Below, one piece after another: positions 28,012-37,340 of a stretch of 64,000 nucleotides of DNA. This stretch comes from Thermoproteota archaeon. GTDB taxonomy: Archaea; Thermoproteota; EX4484-205; JAAOZP01. Location of the stretch: positions 1-64,000 of the forward strand of contig JBNAVT010000001.1 in NCBI GenBank assembly GCA_049700215.1. The letters are read 5' to 3'. A program made the position numbers and the translations under genes. The notes beneath the pieces were generated by a model. That model searched no databases. It was not told the origin of the DNA and saw only the letters and a program-made list of their open reading frames with translations. Positions within the stretch are counted from its first letter, which is position 1. The number at the start of each line of letters is the position of its first letter.

Positions 28012-28708
28012 TCACTTGGAGAATAAAGCACCCATCCTCTTCTCCTTAATTTCTTCTCTTCCTTTCGTGAAAGAAAGATGTAGTTTATTGTGTGATTTGG
28101 ATGGAAAGAATAGTATTGATATCCAGTATCCTCTACCCACCTATTTATTTTCTTCACGGCCGAATCAAGGTTAAGAAAGTTGTGAAAAGTATAAATTTCA
28201 ATAACATGCCCTTCACCCTTAAACTTAAAATGTACCTCGAAGCAATAACCCCACTTCTCTTCGGGCTTCAAGCTCGGGGGGATCTAATCCAGTAGGAGCC
28301 TTCCCTTTCCACTCTAACATTTTCTCAACTACATTAGTAGGCTGGAAGAAACCCCTAGAGATTCTACCAAGCTTCTTAACTAAGCCCGCTCCAACGCCTT
28401 CTTCTATTACGATATCCCAAATTTGGACGAGGACTCTTCGGATCAAAGCAGGCTAATTCGTAATCTATCTCAGCGATCTTCTTTTTCATATACCTTGCCT
28501 CATGCTTCTTTATACGTTTTTTCAAAAGGGCACCCTGAGGGGTGTCCCATAACCTATCTTCCCAGTTCACTGCATAATCTATTTCTCCATTGAAAATCTT
28601 CTTAAGGATTTCTTCAGAGTTTAAATCAGAGTAGTCTTTGAAGAAATCCATCTCGCGAAGGAAATCGATTGAGCTTATGAAGCGTTTCTTTAGCTTAGAG
28701 TTCATCAC
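28002..28708 (-). pseudogene. Hypothetical protein split by two frameshifts
   Basis: Three overlapping ORFs (28376-28708, 28225-28446, 28002-28271) join into one reading if 2-nt deletions are restored. Confidence 0.7.
28170..28289 (+). repeat. 120-bp segment duplicated in inverted orientation at 60864-60984
   Basis: Identical apart from a 1-nt and a 2-nt indel. Confidence 0.92.
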
Positions 28709-28799
28709 GTAAAAAATTGTTGAGTAGGTTCTTAAGCATAACTGTCTGCACTATTACTTCCATCTCAATAAAGCAATTGCGGTAGTAGAAGTTAAGAAG

Positions 28800-28894
28800 C
28801 GGGCCCGCTGGGATTTGAACCCAGGCTCTCCGGCTCCGCAGGCATGCGCAAGGCTATCCTTTCGACGCCTTTATCCTGGCTTGGCCACGGGCCC
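28800..28894 (-). tRNA. tRNA-Arg(GCG) with 19-nt intron at 29/30 (28844-28862)
   Basis: BHB with central helix GCGT/GCGC, bulges CGA/ATG, inner AAGG/CCTT; spliced arm TCGGC-CTGCGGA-GCCGG. Confidence 0.9.
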
Positions 28895-28921
28895 TTTAAA
28901 ATTCTGGCTGCAGGGGCTTAT

Positions 28922-30820
28922 TTAAACTTCATTCAGCTTCTCAATACCTGCTATTTCAAACGCGTTGTCCATGGTTATCACGAAGGCTTTAACCAGCGCC
29001 AGCCTGTCCATTCTAATGCCCTCGCCCGTTATCACGGAGCATTTCTCGTAGAAGCTGTTGAACACGTCTGCTAGATGCCTCATGTATACTGCGATAATGT
29101 TCAGCGCCAGTGTTTCACTAGCCATGTTTAAAACCCATGAGAATTTGCCTATCTGCTTAACCAGCTCCAGTTCTTCAGGAGTGTTGAAGGAGGCCTCGGT
29201 CAAACTGTTCACGTCGACACCCGCTTTCTCAAGTATTCTGCATCCCCGCGCGTAAGTGTATTGAAGGTAGGGGGCAGTGTCACCCTCCAGCCTTGTGGCG
29301 TCCTTCACGTCGAAAACTATTATGTTGTTCCTGTCAGTCTTGAAAAGAGAGTATCTTATGGATGCGACGCTCAGATGAGTGCTAACGCTCCTAACCCACT
29401 CCTCATCCCTAGAAGGGTTTCTCCTCCGAGTCTCCTCGTAAACCTTCTGGAACACCGTCTTAAGAAGCTCGTTGGCGTTGAAGACTATTCCCTTCCTACC
29501 GGACATGTGGACCATTCTCCTCCCCTTTAACTCCTCGACCCCCGTCAGCTCGCTCGCCGTCTCCCCAGAGAGGGCAACGACCTCATAGAGATACGGAAGA
29601 TACTTTTTCCCAGAGGGGGCTCCAAGCTTCCTAAGAGCGTGCTCAACCACTTTCTGCGGGTACTCCTGCCTCTTGTCGACAACCGTTATTGCTACGTCCG
29701 CCCCAGGGTAATCATACTCCTCCCCGTCCCAATGTGTTGTTAAAAGAATCCTCCCGTTCGGCTGCTCAATCCACTTCTTCACTCTGAACCTTTTCGGCGT
29801 TAAGCCGAGCTTCCAGGCCGCGTAAGCAATATCCTTTCCAACGTAGGTGGCTGTGCCGTCTGACCTGACGAGAACCTCGTCGGGTGCCTTAAGCCTGCTA
29901 AACTCCTCAATATCCCTGAGCCTGATCATTAGACACCCCTTGTTCTCACCCTCCTTCTCCAAGTAGGCTTCACCCCTGCTTCTCAACTCGTTCACAGCCC
30001 ACTCGAATATCCCTGACCTCAAAACATCCGTCTCCCAGTTAAGCAGATCATAATATATTCTGAAGCTCCAGGCTGTTTCAAGCTGGCATTCAACAACCTT
30101 CTCCGAGAACATTCTTGCGAAGCCAGCCACCTCGTTCCCACCCTCCTCAATCCTCCTTATTATCTCGCTCCTCAGCCTCCTCAGCTCCTCGTCCTTCTGG
30201 ATCTTCTCACTATGCTCGGCGTAAACCCTACCGCTGTACTCGTCGAACCCCATGCCCTCCGGGGGCTCCAAAGGAACTTTCATAAAGTAGTGGGCAAGAA
30301 TGTTATCAGCAACCTGTGAACCACTGTCGTCAATATAGTTGACAACCATTACCTCGTGGCCCAGGAACCTTAGAAGCCTCGCCAAAACGTCTCCGATGAC
30401 GGCGTTCCTCAGCGTTCCAACGTGCAGAGCCTTATTCGGGTTCGAATTAGTATGCTCTATAAGTATTTTCCTCCCGGCGACAGGAAACCTCCCGTAATCG
30501 CCGCGTTTGGAAAGAGCCTCGTTCAACACTCTGACGGAGTACTTCACGGGGTCGAAGCGGAAATTAATGAAGCCGTTCACGTTTTCAACATTCTTCAAAA
30601 CCTCCAGCTTGCTGACGTCTATGGCTGCTATTATCCTGTCAGCGGCCTCTAAAGGGTTTAAACCGTGTTTCCTAGCTAGGTCGAAGGCTACGGGGGTCGC
30701 TAGGTCTCCGAGCTCGGGGCTAGGTGGCTCCTCAATCCTCGCCCTAGTGATAAACCCCAGTGTCTCCAACACTTGGTCCACGTGAACCCTTATCCTTTCA
30801 GCCTCCTCCAGAAACCCCAT
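28922..30820 (-). CDS. argS: Arginyl-tRNA synthetase
   Basis: EHTNSNPNKALHVGTLRN, MSGRKG, PYLQYTYAR. Confidence 0.96.
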   Translation of the reverse strand: MGFLEEAERIRVHVDQVLETLGFITRARIEEPPSPELGDLATPVAFDLARKHGLNPLEAADRIIAAIDVSKLEVLKNVENVNGFINFRFDPVKYSVRVLNEALSKRGDYGRFPVAGRKILIEHTNSNPNKALHVGTLRNAVIGDVLARLLRFLGHEVMVVNYIDDSGSQVADNILAHYFMKVPLEPPEGMGFDEYSGRVYAEHSEKIQKDEELRRLRSEIIRRIEEGGNEVAGFARMFSEKVVECQLETAWSFRIYYDLLNWETDVLRSGIFEWAVNELRSRGEAYLEKEGENKGCLMIRLRDIEEFSRLKAPDEVLVRSDGTATYVGKDIAYAAWKLGLTPKRFRVKKWIEQPNGRILLTTHWDGEEYDYPGADVAITVVDKRQEYPQKVVEHALRKLGAPSGKKYLPYLYEVVALSGETASELTGVEELKGRRMVHMSGRKGIVFNANELLKTVFQKVYEETRRRNPSRDEEWVRSVSTHLSVASIRYSLFKTDRNNIIVFDVKDATRLEGDTAPYLQYTYARGCRILEKAGVDVNSLTEASFNTPEELELVKQIGKFSWVLNMASETLALNIIAVYMRHLADVFNSFYEKCSVITGEGIRMDRLALVKAFVITMDNAFEIAGIEKLNEV

Positions 30821-30879
30821 TCTGCAGACGGTTTTGGAAGCATAACAGGGTTAATAAGTATTAAAGGGGGATAAACCGG

Positions 30880-31407
30880 CTACTGGCCTTTCAGCCTTTC
30901 CCTCAGCCTCCACTTGGAGGCCAGCCTCTCAAAATCCTTCTTGAAAGCCCTTCTGAGATAGGGCACGTAGAATTCTATTTCTTCCCGCGTCATGTATTGA
31001 AACTGGTACTCGCCCTCGTAGGGAGAAGGCTCTCCAGCTCTCGTTATGAACTCTATGTGCATAAAGGGCTCTCCCTTTCTGACAACCACCGGCTCCCTCT
31101 CGTTGTTCAGGTTCACGATCTCCAGTGCAAGCCTTCCGATAAACCCGCTGTGAACCTTGGCTGCGTTTAAAAAGGACAGGCCTGCTCTCCCGTAACGGCT
31201 TTTAGCAGTAAGGTGCGCGACAATGTTCGGCGGTGTGAAAACTATCTCGTTAGAAATAACGTTCTTATGCTCCAAGTATTGAAGCTTAACATCGTCCATC
31301 ACCGTCAAAACATACCCGTCTCCATCCATGTACTTCTCGTCGAACGGGTGTATTATCGGTAGTTTCTTCACCATCTTCAGCAGCTCGCTTTTCCCCAGTA
31401 TGCTCAT
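30880..31407 (-). CDS. dCTP deaminase/dUTPase family protein
   Basis: AKSRYGRAGL, VHSGFIGRLALEI, PYEGEYQ. Confidence 0.85.
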   Translation of the reverse strand: MSILGKSELLKMVKKLPIIHPFDEKYMDGDGYVLTVMDDVKLQYLEHKNVISNEIVFTPPNIVAHLTAKSRYGRAGLSFLNAAKVHSGFIGRLALEIVNLNNEREPVVVRKGEPFMHIEFITRAGEPSPYEGEYQFQYMTREEIEFYVPYLRRAFKKDFERLASKWRLRERLKGQ

Positions 31408-31428
31408 CGGCCTCTATGCTCCGGGGCA

Positions 31429-32325
31429 CTAATATAAATTTTCAAGGAGCCGTTTTAACGCTCTAACCCTGTTTTCAACCTCGCTAATGCTGAAGTCGAA
31501 GAATGATCCTGTTTTCTCAGCCTTTATGCTTGAGCAGGCTGACGCGTAGAGGCTTGACTCTAACAGGCTTCCTGTTTCGAGATGCTTCGCCAGGAAAACA
31601 GCCGCGTAAACGTCCCCTGCCCCAGTCGGGTCAAGCGTCTCCACCTCAACAATAGGCGTGTAGAAGCATCCCTGCTTGTAAACAATCATGGAGCCGTGTT
31701 CAGAGTTAGTCAGCTCAACAATCATGCCCGGGTTGATTTCGAAAAGCTCCTTAACGTCGCGATTCAGAAAGAAAAACTGCTCGTCAACATTCATGTGAAC
31801 ATAATCCACCCTGCTGAGAACATTATCCGGGAGCATTCTCTTAACATGGTGAACACGCCCGTCGACACCGCTGGTCCTGATGAACCCCTGTGCGTCGATA
31901 GAGATTCTGCAGCCTGCTTCCTCAAGCTCCTTGAAAACCCCGTGGTCAACCTCGTTTAAAACAGGCGTAACGTGTACAGCGTCAAAGCCCTCGAGCCTAC
32001 TCCTGTCGACAAATATCCTTCTAGAAGGCTCGCCGGAGGTCTTCTGGAGCCTAGTGGAATCCCGGTAAATGTTTTCAAAAAGAATGCTTTTCTCAAGCTC
32101 TGTGGCGTGGACCTCAACCCCCCTCCGCTTCAGATGCTCCACCCACTCCGGGTTCATATCGGGCCCGTAGGCTGTGAAAAGAACTGTTTCAACACTCATT
32201 CGGGAGAGGCTGAGCGAAGAGTAGAATCCTCCCCCACCCATGTAACTGTAGGCTCCGCCACGGCTCCTGTTAACGTCTATCGTTAAAGCACCTATCACGC
32301 CTATTCTGAGACGCCTCCTGGACAT
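31429..32325 (-). CDS. PfkB family carbohydrate kinase
   Basis: GGGGFY N-terminal motif, DPTGAGDVYAA. Confidence 0.9.
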   Translation of the reverse strand: MSRRRLRIGVIGALTIDVNRSRGGAYSYMGGGGFYSSLSLSRMSVETVLFTAYGPDMNPEWVEHLKRRGVEVHATELEKSILFENIYRDSTRLQKTSGEPSRRIFVDRSRLEGFDAVHVTPVLNEVDHGVFKELEEAGCRISIDAQGFIRTSGVDGRVHHVKRMLPDNVLSRVDYVHMNVDEQFFFLNRDVKELFEINPGMIVELTNSEHGSMIVYKQGCFYTPIVEVETLDPTGAGDVYAAVFLAKHLETGSLLESSLYASACSSIKAEKTGSFFDFSISEVENRVRALKRLLENLY

Positions 32326-32503
32326 TTAGACGCAGAATCAGACTAAGCCCCCTATTTAACCACTATCGGGACAATGGGTCTTACTAAAAACTTAAAAACC
32401 TGTTTGCCGAAAAACAATGGTTAAACGTTTTCTGCTCCTAGAGCCTAGGGTTAGGGCAAAGTGTATAAGGCAGTGTTCTCAACTTTTCCCGAGGCTGATG
32501 AGA

Positions 32504-33073
32504 ATGGTGAAAACAAGTAGGATTGTTGAAATAAGGTGGCACGGCAGGGGAGGCCAGGGTGTTGTGCTTGCAAACCAGCTCGTAGGCATGGCTCTCTTCG
32601 AAGAGGGGAAAAACATTCAGACTTTCCCGGACTTCGGCCCAGAGAGGACAGGTGGTCCAGTAAGGGGTTACACACGCTTCTCAGAGGAGCCCATAGATAT
32701 ACATTCCTCAGTATACGAGCCCGACATATTGGCAGTGATAGACCCCTACTTGGCTGAGGACCCGAGCGTCTACGCCGGCCTCAAACCGGAGGGTGTTGCA
32801 GTGGTTAACTCCGCTAAAACCCCGGGAGCCCTCAGGGGGAAGCTGGGTTTAAACGTTAAGACTCTCGGCGTCGTAGACGCAGCCAGGATCTCGAAGGAGG
32901 TCTTCGGAACCTATGTTTTCAACACGCCTGTCCTAGGGGGACTGGTGAGGCTCACAGGCATAGTCAGGCTTGAGACGCTTGAAAAACTGTTTTTAAGCAG
33001 GTTCCCAGGCAGAGTTGGGGAGCTTAACGTGAAAATGCTTAAGAGGGGATATGAGGAGGTGGCGGCCCAATGA
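32504..33073 (+). CDS. porG: Pyruvate/2-oxoacid:ferredoxin oxidoreductase gamma subunit
   Basis: HGRGGQG, FGPERTGGPV. Confidence 0.92.
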   Translation: MVKTSRIVEIRWHGRGGQGVVLANQLVGMALFEEGKNIQTFPDFGPERTGGPVRGYTRFSEEPIDIHSSVYEPDILAVIDPYLAEDPSVYAGLKPEGVAVVNSAKTPGALRGKLGLNVKTLGVVDAARISKEVFGTYVFNTPVLGGLVRLTGIVRLETLEKLFLSRFPGRVGELNVKMLKRGYEEVAAQ

Positions 33074-33348
33074 GCACGACCGTAAGCTGGAGGGAGATAG
33101 ATCTGGGTGGAAGCGTAGCCGGCGGGACGAGTGAGAAGTATAAGACGGGTAACTGGAGGGTTGAGAAACCCGTTATAGACTACGAGAAGTGCGTCAGATG
33201 CCTGATATGCTGGCTCTACTGCCCTGAGCCCGCGATAATCAGGAACGGGAACGAGGTTAAAATAGACTATGACTATTGCAAGGGCTGCGGCATATGTGCA
33301 GAGGAGTGTCCGAGGAAGGCGATAACGATGGTTCCGGAGGAGATTTAG
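33070..33348 (+). CDS. porD: Pyruvate/2-oxoacid:ferredoxin oxidoreductase delta subunit
   Basis: TGNWR, two CxxCxxCxxxCP motifs. Confidence 0.93.
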   Translation: MSTTVSWREIDLGGSVAGGTSEKYKTGNWRVEKPVIDYEKCVRCLICWLYCPEPAIIRNGNEVKIDYDYCKGCGICAEECPRKAITMVPEEI

Positions 33349-33349
33349 G

Positions 33350-34546
33350 ATGATGGCTGAAGCTTTAGCAAGGCAGCACAGGATCGCGCTGACCGGGAAC
33401 GACGCTGTGGCCTACGCTGTTAAACAGGCTAACGTCGACGTGATAAGCGCATACCCGATAACTCCACAGACATTCGTCGTCGAGACGCTTTCGAGATACG
33501 TTTACGACGGCGAGTTGAACGCCAAGTTCATAAACGTGGAGTCTGAGCACTCAGCCCTCTCCGCGGTGATAGGGGCCTCGCTAGCCGGGGCGAGAGCATT
33601 CACGGCGACAGCAAGCCAGGGCCTCGCCTACATGTGGGAGGCGCTCTACGCGGCTTCAGGATTAAGGCTGCCGATAGTCATGGCTTTAGCGGCAAGAGCA
33701 TTATCCGCACCAATAAATATTCACAACGATCATTCAGACTTCTTCGGAATGAGGGACGCGGGCTGGGTAATGTTCAACGGCGAGGAGGCGCAGGAGACCT
33801 ACGACCTCACAATCATGGCTTTCAAAATCGTTGAAGACCCTAGAGTACTCCTGCCGGTAGTGGTCTCGTACGACGGCTTCATAGTGTCACACGCGATAAC
33901 AAACTTCTACGCTTTAAACGACGACGTTGTCAAGGAATTTCTGGGAGTGAGAACAACCGGGCCCAAGATAAACCCGGACGACCCGAGAACCTTCGGCGTC
34001 CTAGCTTTGCAAGACTCCTACTACGAGTTTAAAAGGCAACAGTATGAGGCGATGGAGAACGCTAGGCAAGTAATACAGGAAGTGTTTAAAAAATACGGGG
34101 AGATTTCTGGGAGAAACTACAAGCCCCTGAAAGAATACATGACGAGCGACGCGGAAACCTGCATAGTCGCGATGGGAAGCACCGTGGGAACAGCAAGACA
34201 CGCAGCCAAGATGCTGAGGGAAGAAGGCGAGAAAGTAGGCGTCGTAGGAATACTACAATACAGACCATGGCCGATTAAGGAGGCTGAACAACTATTCTCA
34301 AGGTTCAAAAGGATAATAATCATGGAGAAGGTTATGAGCCCAGGAGCAAGAGCAGGGCCTGTCTACGAGGACATCGCTTCAACACTATACCCCAACCACA
34401 ACGTTAAAATGGTGGACTTCACATACGGCCTTGGTGGAAGAGACATCTCGACGCAAGGGATCATTGAGATATACAGGAGGGGGAAGGAGCTTATCGACAA
34501 GGGTAAGACGGACAGAACCCAGTTCTACGGGGTGAGGGGAGAATGA
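33350..34546 (+). CDS. porA: Pyruvate/2-oxoacid:ferredoxin oxidoreductase alpha subunit
   Basis: YPITPQT, ESEHSA, TATASQG, GLGGRD. Confidence 0.94.
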   Translation: MMAEALARQHRIALTGNDAVAYAVKQANVDVISAYPITPQTFVVETLSRYVYDGELNAKFINVESEHSALSAVIGASLAGARAFTATASQGLAYMWEALYAASGLRLPIVMALAARALSAPINIHNDHSDFFGMRDAGWVMFNGEEAQETYDLTIMAFKIVEDPRVLLPVVVSYDGFIVSHAITNFYALNDDVVKEFLGVRTTGPKINPDDPRTFGVLALQDSYYEFKRQQYEAMENARQVIQEVFKKYGEISGRNYKPLKEYMTSDAETCIVAMGSTVGTARHAAKMLREEGEKVGVVGILQYRPWPIKEAEQLFSRFKRIIIMEKVMSPGARAGPVYEDIASTLYPNHNVKMVDFTYGLGGRDISTQGIIEIYRRGKELIDKGKTDRTQFYGVRGE

Positions 34547-35490
34547 GCAAGCTGGAACCAATATCCAAAATATCCGACCTCCCTGAGGAATCTAGATTCA
34601 GACCGGGGCACAGGCTGTGCGCAGGATGCGGGCCGGCAATAACCGCTAAACTCATAACGCTCGCAGCTCCCGAGGCAATAATCGTCAACGCGACGGGCTG
34701 CGTAGAAGTCGGGACAACAATCTACCCGTACTCAGCATGGAAAACACCATGGGTCCACGTACTCTTCCAGAACAACGCACCAGTCGCCTCAGGCATAGCA
34801 GCGGCGCTTGAAAAACTCTCAGTGGAAGGAAGAGCAAGAAAAGTACCGGTCATAGCACTAGGAGGAGACGGCGCAACATTCGACATAGGACTCGGAGCGA
34901 TCTCGGGAGCACTAGAAAGGTTAGACAAATTTATATATATATGTTATGACAATTTTGCATATATGAATACTGGGATCCAACGGTCAGGAGCTACTCCTTT
35001 GGGCGTTGCGACGACGACTAGTCCTGCTGGCAGTGTGATTCCGGGTAAGCAGGAGAACAAGAAGGATTTGATTGGGATTGTTGCTTCTCATCATATCCCT
35101 TATGCTGCTACCGCAACCATTTGGCTTTGGCGCGACATGGTTAATAAGATTAGGAAGGCTGTTAACTATAGTGAGCAGGGCCCAGCGTTTCTGCACATTC
35201 TTGCTCCATGCCAGTTCGGCTGGCGTTACGAGCCGCGTTTGACGGTTAAGGTTTCGAGGATGGCTGTTGAAACAAGGCTGTTCCCGGTTTACGAGGTTGA
35301 GGATGGTCAGCTCAGGATTAACTATAGGGTCGCTAAGCCTACTCCGGTTGAGGAGTATCTTAAGATCCAGAGGTGGACAAGGCACCTTTTGGATCCTAAG
35401 AACGCTGAGACTTTGCAGAGGCTTAAGGCTTGGATTGAGTGGAACTGGCTGCGCTTGGAGAACCTGGAGAAGGCTGGTAAAGTATTCTAG
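34543..35490 (+). CDS. porB: Pyruvate/2-oxoacid:ferredoxin oxidoreductase beta subunit
   Basis: CAGCG, GGDG TPP motif, YMNTGIQRS. Confidence 0.94.
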   Translation: MSKLEPISKISDLPEESRFRPGHRLCAGCGPAITAKLITLAAPEAIIVNATGCVEVGTTIYPYSAWKTPWVHVLFQNNAPVASGIAAALEKLSVEGRARKVPVIALGGDGATFDIGLGAISGALERLDKFIYICYDNFAYMNTGIQRSGATPLGVATTTSPAGSVIPGKQENKKDLIGIVASHHIPYAATATIWLWRDMVNKIRKAVNYSEQGPAFLHILAPCQFGWRYEPRLTVKVSRMAVETRLFPVYEVEDGQLRINYRVAKPTPVEEYLKIQRWTRHLLDPKNAETLQRLKAWIEWNWLRLENLEKAGKVF

Positions 35491-35550
35491 GGAGCAGCGG
35501 TTTCACAATAGGTTTGGCGCGCCTATAGTAGGGAACCTTCGCGCGCTGCT

Positions 35551-35944
35551 TCCAAGACTGTTAGGCAGCCTTACAGAGCCATTCCCCTTCCTGAGGAAGC
35601 CTGATGCTTAGGAACCTTGCTAGGCTCTGGAGAAGGTTCTCAGGCATGTCCCTCGACTACAGGGATTACGTTAAATGGGTTGACAGGGGTGGTGTCGCAC
35701 TGGCGGGCTTCCCCACCGGGATTAGGACAGTAAGGGTCTATGAGCATCCCAAGTCGAATAAATGGCGCGCGCGCTCATGGGCTTCACCAGTGCAGTGAGG
35801 TTCTCCATCCCCAAGGACATATATGCTGAGAGGTTTGCGAGGCTCACCGATGCGCTGATGAGGCTCGCGGAATACTCTAACGTTGGTGGCAATAGGACAG
35901 CTGGCTTCGGAGTCGTAAAGTATCTCCCTAAAAACACTTACTAG
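35551..35944 (+). pseudogene. cas6: Orphan cas6 C-terminal fragment with two frameshifts
   Basis: PLPE/SLMLRNLARLW, MGF.SAVRF, G-rich loop YSNVGGNRTAGFGVV. Confidence 0.75.
35765..35774. repeat. (GC)5 tract at cas6 frameshift
   Basis: TGGCGCGCGCGCTC where the two cas6 frames switch. Confidence 0.6.
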
Positions 35945-36125
35945 CACACTAGTATACGAGTTTCAACACGGATGACTTGAACAAGGGAGCAACGTTATTC
36001 GGAGTTTAATTTTTCAAATCGATTCGCATGGGTGCTTAAAAACTTCTCGATTCACGTTTAGCGGGATGAAAATATGCTGTTATTCGAAAAACTTATTTAA
36101 AACCTTAACCCTTATTAATCCAGCT

Positions 36126-36944
36126 ATGAGTAAGCATATTCGGCTTGTTTTAACCATAGCCTTACTATCAACCGTCCCCTCAAGCCCTCTCAAGGCTTAC
36201 GCTTCCCCCTTCGAGCTTGCTTACGATGATGGTGACTTCGACTATGCTTGGAGCGATTTCTACCCTAATGGCGCGGGGGTCAGGTTTACTCCGCCAGCAC
36301 TACCATGGAGGATAACCAGCGTTTTGCTCTACGGCCTGGCTTTGGAGAGGGGTGGAAACATGCTTTTCACCCTCGAGGTAAGGGACCAGTTTTTCGGCCT
36401 AGTCTACGTGACTCAGTATGCCACCCTCCAGTTCTTTGAGAACGGCACGTTCAGCTGGGCCAGGATTCCCCTTCCAAACATTACTCTTAACAGCGAATTC
36501 TACGTGTGCATCTACCCATGCTTCTCCCTCGACGCGACTCAGCTCTGGATAGGCGTTGACGAGGATCCCCCAATAAGCAACAGGAGCCTCCTCGTGGACA
36601 GGGAGAATGATAGGATAGTCAAAGCATGGGATATTGGCAGCGGCAGGCCTAGGAACTTCATGATAAGGGTCGAGGTGGAAGGAGAAGCCAAGCACCTGAT
36701 GGTCGACGCTCCCGGAGTATTAAAGGGCTTTGATGTGGAGAATATTGTTTTCAAAAGGCCTAAGGGCGATATTGTGAACCTGGTCGTGGCGTTTAAGAGC
36801 GGCGACGCAATCGGCTTCAGGCTGAGCCTGGGGGAAGACGGTAAGTCGGTGAAGATTACTCCGATGGTCGCTCGGGGAGAAGGCAACTACGACGAGATAC
36901 TTAGCTTAGAGTATAAGTCGGAGGTGGGACTTCGATCCTGTTGA
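36126..36944 (+). CDS. Secreted hypothetical protein, possibly chimeric
   Basis: Signal peptide MSKHIRLVLTIALL..AYA, ELAYDDG beta-sandwich-like domain; unrelated-looking tail after FMIRVEV. Confidence 0.55.
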   Translation: MSKHIRLVLTIALLSTVPSSPLKAYASPFELAYDDGDFDYAWSDFYPNGAGVRFTPPALPWRITSVLLYGLALERGGNMLFTLEVRDQFFGLVYVTQYATLQFFENGTFSWARIPLPNITLNSEFYVCIYPCFSLDATQLWIGVDEDPPISNRSLLVDRENDRIVKAWDIGSGRPRNFMIRVEVEGEAKHLMVDAPGVLKGFDVENIVFKRPKGDIVNLVVAFKSGDAIGFRLSLGEDGKSVKITPMVARGEGNYDEILSLEYKSEVGLRSC

Positions 36945-36969
36945 CCGTGTTCCGGATATAACTTTGAAG

Positions 36970-36983
36970 AAGCGCGCGCGCTT
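36970..36983. repeat. Palindrome AAGCGCGCGCGCTT
   Basis: Direct reading. Confidence 0.65.
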
Positions 36984-37340
36984 AGAAGTGCGGATCCCAA
37001 CAATAAAAAATTGGGACATGTGGTTTCGCCGAGCAGCTGAAGAGGTTTTCTAGGGTTAGGCTTCTCGTCGAATCAAGCTGTGGGCGACGTGCGCTGCCAG
37101 TTCGACTAGTAACGGGCGTACAGAGCCTTCGGTTTCTAAGTTTGCAAAGCTGTTTTAAAAATAATGCAAAGAGTTTTTCAAAATGGTTAAGCATGGCGCG
37201 GTATCAGGCCTCCTCTGCTCGAGCTCATTATCCAACGTATCATGTTCACCGACACGACTACTGTAAACACTGTTTTCCTGCAACGCGGAGCGTTAGAAAT
37301 GACTTGTCTATCGAGGGCTGGAAGCATGCGGATTCCGGTT

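Noticed and set aside
25342-28800. Intact integrative element at tRNA-Arg
   Set aside because: No integrase and no direct repeat of the tRNA 3' end seen at the far boundary
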